Origin: the human T2T-CHM13v2.0 reference genome, Homo sapiens
Strand: one strand, 5' to 3'
NCBI RefSeq assembly: GCF_009914755.1
Contig: NC_060940.1
Length of the DNA: 64,000 nucleotides
Both the position numbers and the translations under genes were made by a program. The notes beneath the pieces were generated by a model, which was not told the DNA's origin, ran no database searches, and saw only the letters and a list, made by a program, of their open reading frames with translations. Position 1 is the first letter of the stretch. The number at the start of each line of letters is the position of its first letter. Positions 57,587 through 64,000 of this stretch are shown in pieces.

Positions 57587-60500
57587 GATATCATTCGATT
57601 CCATTTGATGATAATTCCATTTGATTCCATGCGATGATTCTATTCGATTCCATTCAATGATAATTCCATTCAATTCAGTGATTCCTCTGAACTCCATTTG
57701 ATGATGATTCCATTCAATGATTCCATTCGATTCTATTCCAAAATGATTCCATTTGAATCCATTTGATGATGATTCCATTAGATTCCATTTGATGATTCCA
57801 TTCGATTCCATTTGACGATGATTCCATTCGATTCCATTTGATGATTCCATTCTATTCTATTCGATGATGATTCCATTCGATTCCATTTGATGATGATTGG
57901 ATTCGATTCCATTTGATGATTTCATTTGATTCCATTCGTTAATGATTTCGATCAACTCCATTCGATGATTCAATTTGATTCCATTCGATAATGATTACAT
58001 CCGAGTCCATTCGATGATTCCATTTGAGCCCGTTCGATAATTCCATTTGAGTCCAATCAATGATTCCATTCATTTCCATTCAATGATTCCATTCGAGTCC
58101 ATTTCATCATTCTGGTAGGGTCCGTTCGATGTTGATTCCATTGGAGTGCATTCGATGATTCCATTCGAGTCCATTTTATGATTTGATTCGAGTCCTTTCG
58201 ATGATTCCATTCGATTCCACTCGATGATGATTTCATTCGAGTCCATTCGACACTTCCAATCGATTCCATTTGATGTTTCCATTCGAGTCCAATTGATGAT
58301 TCCATTCAATTCCATTCGATGATGATTCCGTACGATTCCATTCTGTGATGATTCCATGTGATTGCATTCAATGATGATTCCTTTCGATTGCATTCGATTA
58401 TGATTCATTTCGTGTTCATTCTATGGTTCCACAGGTTTCCATTCGATGACGTTTCCGTTCGTGTCCATTCCATTATTCCATTCTATTTCATTTGATGATG
58501 ATTCCATTCGATTCCATTCATTGGTGATTCCACTCAATTCCATTCAATGATTCCATTCCATTTCTTTCAACAATGATTCCATTACTTTCTATTCGATGAT
58601 CCACTTGATTCCATTTGGCGATGATTCCATTCGTGTCCATTCGATGATTCCATTTGATTCCATATGATGATGATTCCATTCGATTCCATACCATGATGAT
58701 TCCATTCGAGTCCATTCAATGGTGATTCCATTCAATTCCATTCGATGATTCCTTCCGATTCCATTCGATGATGATGGCATTCGATTCCTTTCAATCATTC
58801 CCTTTGATTCCATTCAAAGGTGATTTCATTCAAGTCCATTAGATAATTGCATTCGATTCCATTCTATGATGATTCCATTCGAGTCCATTTGATGATTCCA
58901 TTCAATTCAAGTCAATGATGATTCCATTCGATTCCACTCGATGATTCCATTGGATTCCATTCGATGATGATTCCATTCAAATCCATTCGATAATTCAATT
59001 CAAGTCCATTCGATGATGATTCCAATCGAATCCATTCAAAGATTCCATTCAATTCCATTCGATGATGATTCCCTTAAATTCCATTCGATGATTCCACTTG
59101 ATTCCATTTACGATGATTCCATTCGATTCCATGTGATGAATCCATTCAATTCTATTCAATGATGTTTCCATTTGATTCCATTGGACCATGATTGCCTTTG
59201 ATTCCATTCAATGATTCCATTCGGTTCCATTTGATGATGATTCCATTCGATTCCATTTCATTATTCCATTTGATTCCATTGGATGAGTCCATTCGATTAC
59301 ATTCGATGATTATTCCATTCGAGTGCATTAGATGATTGCATTCGAGTCCATTCGATGATTCCATTCGATTCCATTCGATGTTGATTCTGTTCAAATCCAT
59401 TCGATGATTCCACTCGATTCCATTCGATGACTCCATTTGATCCCATTCGATGATTTCCTGTGATTCCCTTTGATGATCATTCTATTTGATTCAATTCGGT
59501 GATTTCATTTCATTCCATTCAGTGATGTTTCCATTCGACTGTATTCGATGATGATTCCATTCGACTCCATTCGATTATGATTTCCTTCAATTCCATTCAA
59601 TAATGATTCCCTTCGAGTCCATTCGATGATTCCATTCGATTCCATTCAACGATGATTTGATTCGTTTCCATTCGATGATTCCATTTGATTCCACTTGATG
59701 ATGATTCCATTCGAGTCCATTTGATGATTCCATTCGAGTCTATTTATGTATTATATTCGTGTCCACTTCATGATTCCATTCAATTCCATTTAATGTTGAT
59801 TCCATTTGATTCCATTTGATGATTCAGTTCGATTCCTTGCAATGATTCCCTACGATTCCTTTCTCTGATGATTCCATTCGATTCCATTCATTGATGATTT
59901 CATTCGACTCCATTCGATGATGATTCCTTTCGATTCCATTTGACGATGTTTCCATTCGAGTCCATTCGATGATGATTCTATTCAATTCTGTTCTATTATG
60001 ATTCCATTCGATTTCATTCAATGCTTCTATTTGATTCCATTCGATGATGATTCCATCTCTTTCCCTTCGATGATTCCATTTGATTCCATTCAGTGATGAT
60101 TCCATTTGATTCCATCTGATGATGATTTCACTTGATTCCTTTCAATGATGATTCAATTCAAGTCCATTCGATGATTCCATTGGAGTCCAAACGATCATTC
60201 CGTTCGATTCCATTCAATGGTGATTCCATTCATGTCCATTCGATGAATCCATTCAATTCCATTCGATGATGACTCCATTCGAGTACATTCGATGATTCCA
60301 TTTGATTCCATTTGAAGATGATTCCATTCAATTCCATTCGAAGATGATTCCATTCAATTCCATTCGATGATGATTCCGTATGAATCCATTCTCTGATTAT
60401 TCCATTCGATTCCATTCATTGACGATTCCATTCAATTCCATTCAATGATGATTCTCTTCTATTCCATTCGATGATTCCGGTCGATTCCATTCGATGATGA

Positions 60501-61716
60501 TTCCATTAGATTCCATTCGATTGTTGCATTCGATTCCCTTCGATGATGATTCCTTTGAATTCCATTCGATTATCATTCCGTATGAATCCATTTGATGATT
60601 ATTCCATTGGATTCCTTTCGATGATGATTCCATTCGATTCCATTTGATGATGTTTCTCTTGTATTCCATTGGATAATTCCTTTCAGTTCCCTTCAATGAT
60701 TATTCTTTCGAGTCAATTCGATGATTCTATTCCATTCCCTTCGATGATGATTCCATTTCACTCCATTTGATGACTCCATTCGACTCAATTTGGTGATGAT
60801 TCAATTCGATGACATTCGATGACTCCATTCAATTTCATTTGATGATGATTACATTCGAGTCCATTTGATGATTGTATTCCTTTCCTTTTGATGATTATTC
60901 CATTCGTGTCTATTCAAAGGTTCCATTCTATTCCATTCAATGATGATTGCATTTGATTCCATTCAATGATTATGGCTATCGATTCCACTCGTTGATTCCA
61001 TTTGATTCCGTTCGATGATTATTCCGTTAGATTCCATTAGAAGACTCCATTCGATTTTATTCAATGATTCCAATGGATTCCATTCAATGATGATTCCATT
61101 CGACTCCATTCAGTGATTCCATTCGAGTCCATTTGATGATTCCATTCTTTTCCATTTGATGATGATTCCATTAGGGTCCATTCAATGATTCCATTCGAGT
61201 CCATTCGTTAATGCCTTTCGAGTCCTTTTGATCACTACATTCGAGTCCATTCAATGATTCTATTCGATTCCATTCCATGATGATTCCATTCGAGTTCATT
61301 TGATGATTGCATTCGAGTCCATTTGATGATTCCATATGATTCCCTTCGACAATGCTTCCATTCGTGTCCATTTGATGATTCCATTCATTTCCTATCGATG
61401 AAGATTCCATTCAAGTGTATTCGATGATTCCATTCAAATCCATTCGATGATGATTCCATTCCAGTCCATTTGATCATTCCACTTGATTCCATTTGATGAC
61501 TATTCCATTCAAATCCATTTGATGATTCCATTCGATTCCATTCGATGTTACCATTCGAGTATATACGATGATTCCACTCGATTCCATTTGATGATTATTC
61601 CATTGGAGTCCACTTAGTGAATCCTTTAGATTCTACTCGAAGATGATTCCATTCGAGTCCATTCGATGATACCATTCAATTCCATTCGTTGATGCTTCCA
61701 TTCAAGTGCATTCGAT
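57587..61716 (+). repeat. Variant HOR unit, 4,130 bp, second copy
   Basis: ORF pairs 849/57572, 1334/58057, 2429/59152, 3507/60230, 4448/61171 and 4979/61702 all have offset 56,723. Confidence 0.93.
59736..61567 (+). repeat. Alternative diverged HSATII module, copy 2
   Basis: Same diagnostic k-mers as 3013-4844 at offset 56,723, including GAATTC at 3834 and 60557. Confidence 0.9.
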
Positions 61717-64000
61717 GATATCATTCGATTCCATTTGATGATAATTCCATTTGATTCCATGCGATGATTCTATTCGATTCCATTCAATGATAATTCCATT
61801 CAATTCAGTGATTCCTCTGGACTCCATTTGATGATGATTCCATTCAATGATTCCATTCGATTCTATTCGAAAATGATTCCATTTGAATCCATTTGATGAT
61901 GATTCCATTGGATTCTATTTGATGATTCCATTCGATTCCATTCGATGATGATTCCATTCGATTCCTTTTGATGAATCCATTCTATTGTATTCGATGATGA
62001 TTCCATTCGATTCCATTCGATGATGATTGGATTCGATTCCATTTTATGATTTCATTTGATTCCATACGATAATGATTTCGATCAATTCCATTCGATGATT
62101 CCATTCGATTCCATTCGATAATGATTACATCCGAGTCCATTCGATGATTCCATTTGAGCCCGTTCGATAATTCCATTTGAGTCCAATCAATGATTCCATT
62201 CATTTCCATTCAATGATTCCATTCGAGTCCATTTGATCATTCCGGTAGGGTCCGTTCGATGTTGATTCCATTGGAGTGCATTCGATGATTCCATTCGAGT
62301 CCATTTTAGGATTTGATTCGAGTCCTTTCGATGATTCCATTCGATTCCACTCGATGATTTCATTCGAGTCCATTCGACACTTCCAATCGATTCCATTTGA
62401 TGTTTCCATTCGATTCCAATTGATGATTCCATTCAATTCCATTCGATGATGATTCCGTACGATTCCATTCTGTGATGATTCCATGTGATTGCATTCAATG
62501 ATGATTCCTTTCGATTGCATTCGATTATAATTCATTTCGTGTTCATTCTATGGTTCCACAGGTTTCCATTCGATGATGTTTCCATTCGTGTCCATTCCAT
62601 TATTCCATTCTATTCCATTTGAAGATGATTCCATTCGATTCCATTCATTGGTGATTCCACTCAATTCCATTCAATGATTCCATTCCATTTCTTTCAACAA
62701 TGATTCCATTAGTTTCTATTCGATGATCCACTTGATTCCATTTGACGATGATTCCATTCGTGTCCATTCGATGATTCCATTTGATTCCATATGATGATGA
62801 TTCCATTCGATTCCATACGATGATGATTCCATTCGAGTCCATTCAATGGTGATTCCATTCAATTCCATTCGATGATTCCTTTCGATTCCATTCAATGATG
62901 ATGGCATTCGATTCCTTTCGATCATTCCCTTTGATTCCATTCAAAGGTGATTTCATTCAAGTCCATTCGATAATTGCATTCGATTCCATTCTATGATGAT
63001 TCCATTGGAGTCCATTTGATGATTCCATTCAATTCAAGTCAATGATGATTCCATTCGATTCCACTCGATGATTCCATTGGATTCCATTCGATGATGATTC
63101 CATTCAAATCCATTCGATAATTCAATTCAAGTCCATTCGATGATGATTCCAATCGAATCCATTCAAAGATTCCACTCAATTCCATTCGATGATGATTCCC
63201 TTAGATTCCATTCGATGATTCCACTTGATTCCATTTACGATGATTCCATTCGATTCCATGTGATGATTCCATTCAATTCTATTCAATGATGTTTCCACTT
63301 GATTCCATTCGAACATGATTGCCTTTGATTCCATTCAATGATTCCATACGGTTCCATTTGATGATGATTCCATTCGAGTGCATTAGATGATTCCATTCGA
63401 GTCCATTCGATGATTCCATTCGCTTCCATTCGATGTTGATTCTGTTCAAATCCATTCGATGATTCCACTCGATTCCATTCGATGACTCCATTTGATCCCA
63501 TTCGATGATTTCCTTTGATTCCCTTTGATGATCATTCCATTTGATTCAATTCGGTGATTTCATTTGATTCCATTCAGTGATGTTTCCATTCAACTCCTTT
63601 CGATGATGATTCCATTCGACTCCATTCGATTATGATTTCATTCAATTCCATTCGATAATGATTCCCTTCAAGTCCATTCGATGATTCCATTCGATTCCAT
63701 TCAACGATGATTTGATTCGTGTCCATTCGATGATTCCATTTGATTCCATTTGATGATGATTCCATTCGAGTCCATTTGATGATTCCATTTAATTCCATTT
63801 GATTATGATTCTACTAGAGTCCATTCAATGACTCCATTCGTATCCATTCAACAATTCCATTCGAGGCCATTCGATGATTCCATTTCATGATTCCATTCGA
63901 GTCCATTTAATCATTACAGTCGAGTCCATTTGGTGATTACACTGGATTTCTTTTGATAATGATACCATTCAATTACATTTGATGATGATCCCATTCAATT
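61717..64000 (+). repeat. Partial diverged HOR unit with a 72-bp gap (~63365) and a ~1,769-bp gap (~63790)
   Basis: ORF 63279..63491 is 72 nt shorter than its 285-nt homologues; offset to canonical shifts from 47093 (63574 vs 16481) to 45324 (ctactagag 63811 vs 18487). Confidence 0.85.

Larger units (their letters stand above)
1..64000 (+). repeat. Human Satellite II (HSATII/HSat2)-type pericentromeric satellite array, CATTC strand on +; probably HSat2B (chr16q11.2-like)
   Basis: Every line is made of ATTCC/ATTCG pentamers with GATG/GATGATG spacers (CATTCGATTC, GATGATTCCATTCGAGTCCATTC), rich in TCGA sites and lacking the long pure (CATTC)n runs of HSat3. The subfamily/chromosome call rests on the 6.1 kb period and recalled literature, so it is less certain than the family call. 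Confidence 0.97.

Noticed and set aside
849-63798. Over a hundred minus-strand ORFs (MESSNGIEWNHRMESNGII..., up to 164 aa)
   Set aside because: These are translations of GGAAT/CGAAT/CATCAT repeats, which are ATG-rich and stop-poor on the minus strand. They overlap in several frames, are opened and closed by random SNVs and frameshifts, and show no domain. Database entries of this kind are known spurious satellite translations.
1-64000. CRISPR-like array (23-26 bp periodic repeats)
   Set aside because: No invariant repeat separated by unique spacers, no leader and no cas genes; it is contiguous degenerate satellite.
1-64000. HSat3 / heat-shock SatIII or alpha satellite with CENP-B boxes
   Set aside because: Pure CATTC runs are at most about three copies and CATTCGATTC/GATGAT dominate; no 171-bp monomer is present.
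1-64000. Strand inversion or large palindrome
   Set aside because: No GAATG-rich tract on the + strand anywhere; only short palindromes (TCGA, ATCGAT, CATATG).

Overview
The whole 64 kb window is one uninterrupted tandem satellite array. It is built from diverged CATTC pentamers arranged as ~23/26-bp monomers (e.g. GATGATTCCATTCGAGTCCATTC, GATGATGATTCCATTCGATTCCATTC), which is typical human/hominid Satellite II (HSATII/HSat2). The CATTC strand is the + strand throughout, and I saw no inversion. A higher-order repeat (HOR) of exactly 6,112 bp dominates ~11.5-49 kb; from recall (not checked by search) a ~6.1 kb period is the signature of the HSat2B array at 16q11.2. Phased on a once-per-unit GATATC marker (864, 4994, 8825, 14568, 20680, 26792, 32904, 39016, 45128, 51501, 57587, 61717), unit lengths are 4130, 3831, 5743, 6112 x5, 6373, 6086 and 4130 bp, and the deviations trace to identifiable indels. 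I found no credible genes, RNA genes, transposons or CRISPR arrays: the ORFs are translation artefacts of the stop-poor GAATG strand, and I found no new gene-encoded system. The interest is architectural: a homogeneous core flanked by more diverged units, a 1.83 kb alternative module present twice 56,723 bp apart, a chimeric 311-bp duplication marking a haplotype switch, a shared breakpoint, and monomer-quantised indels.
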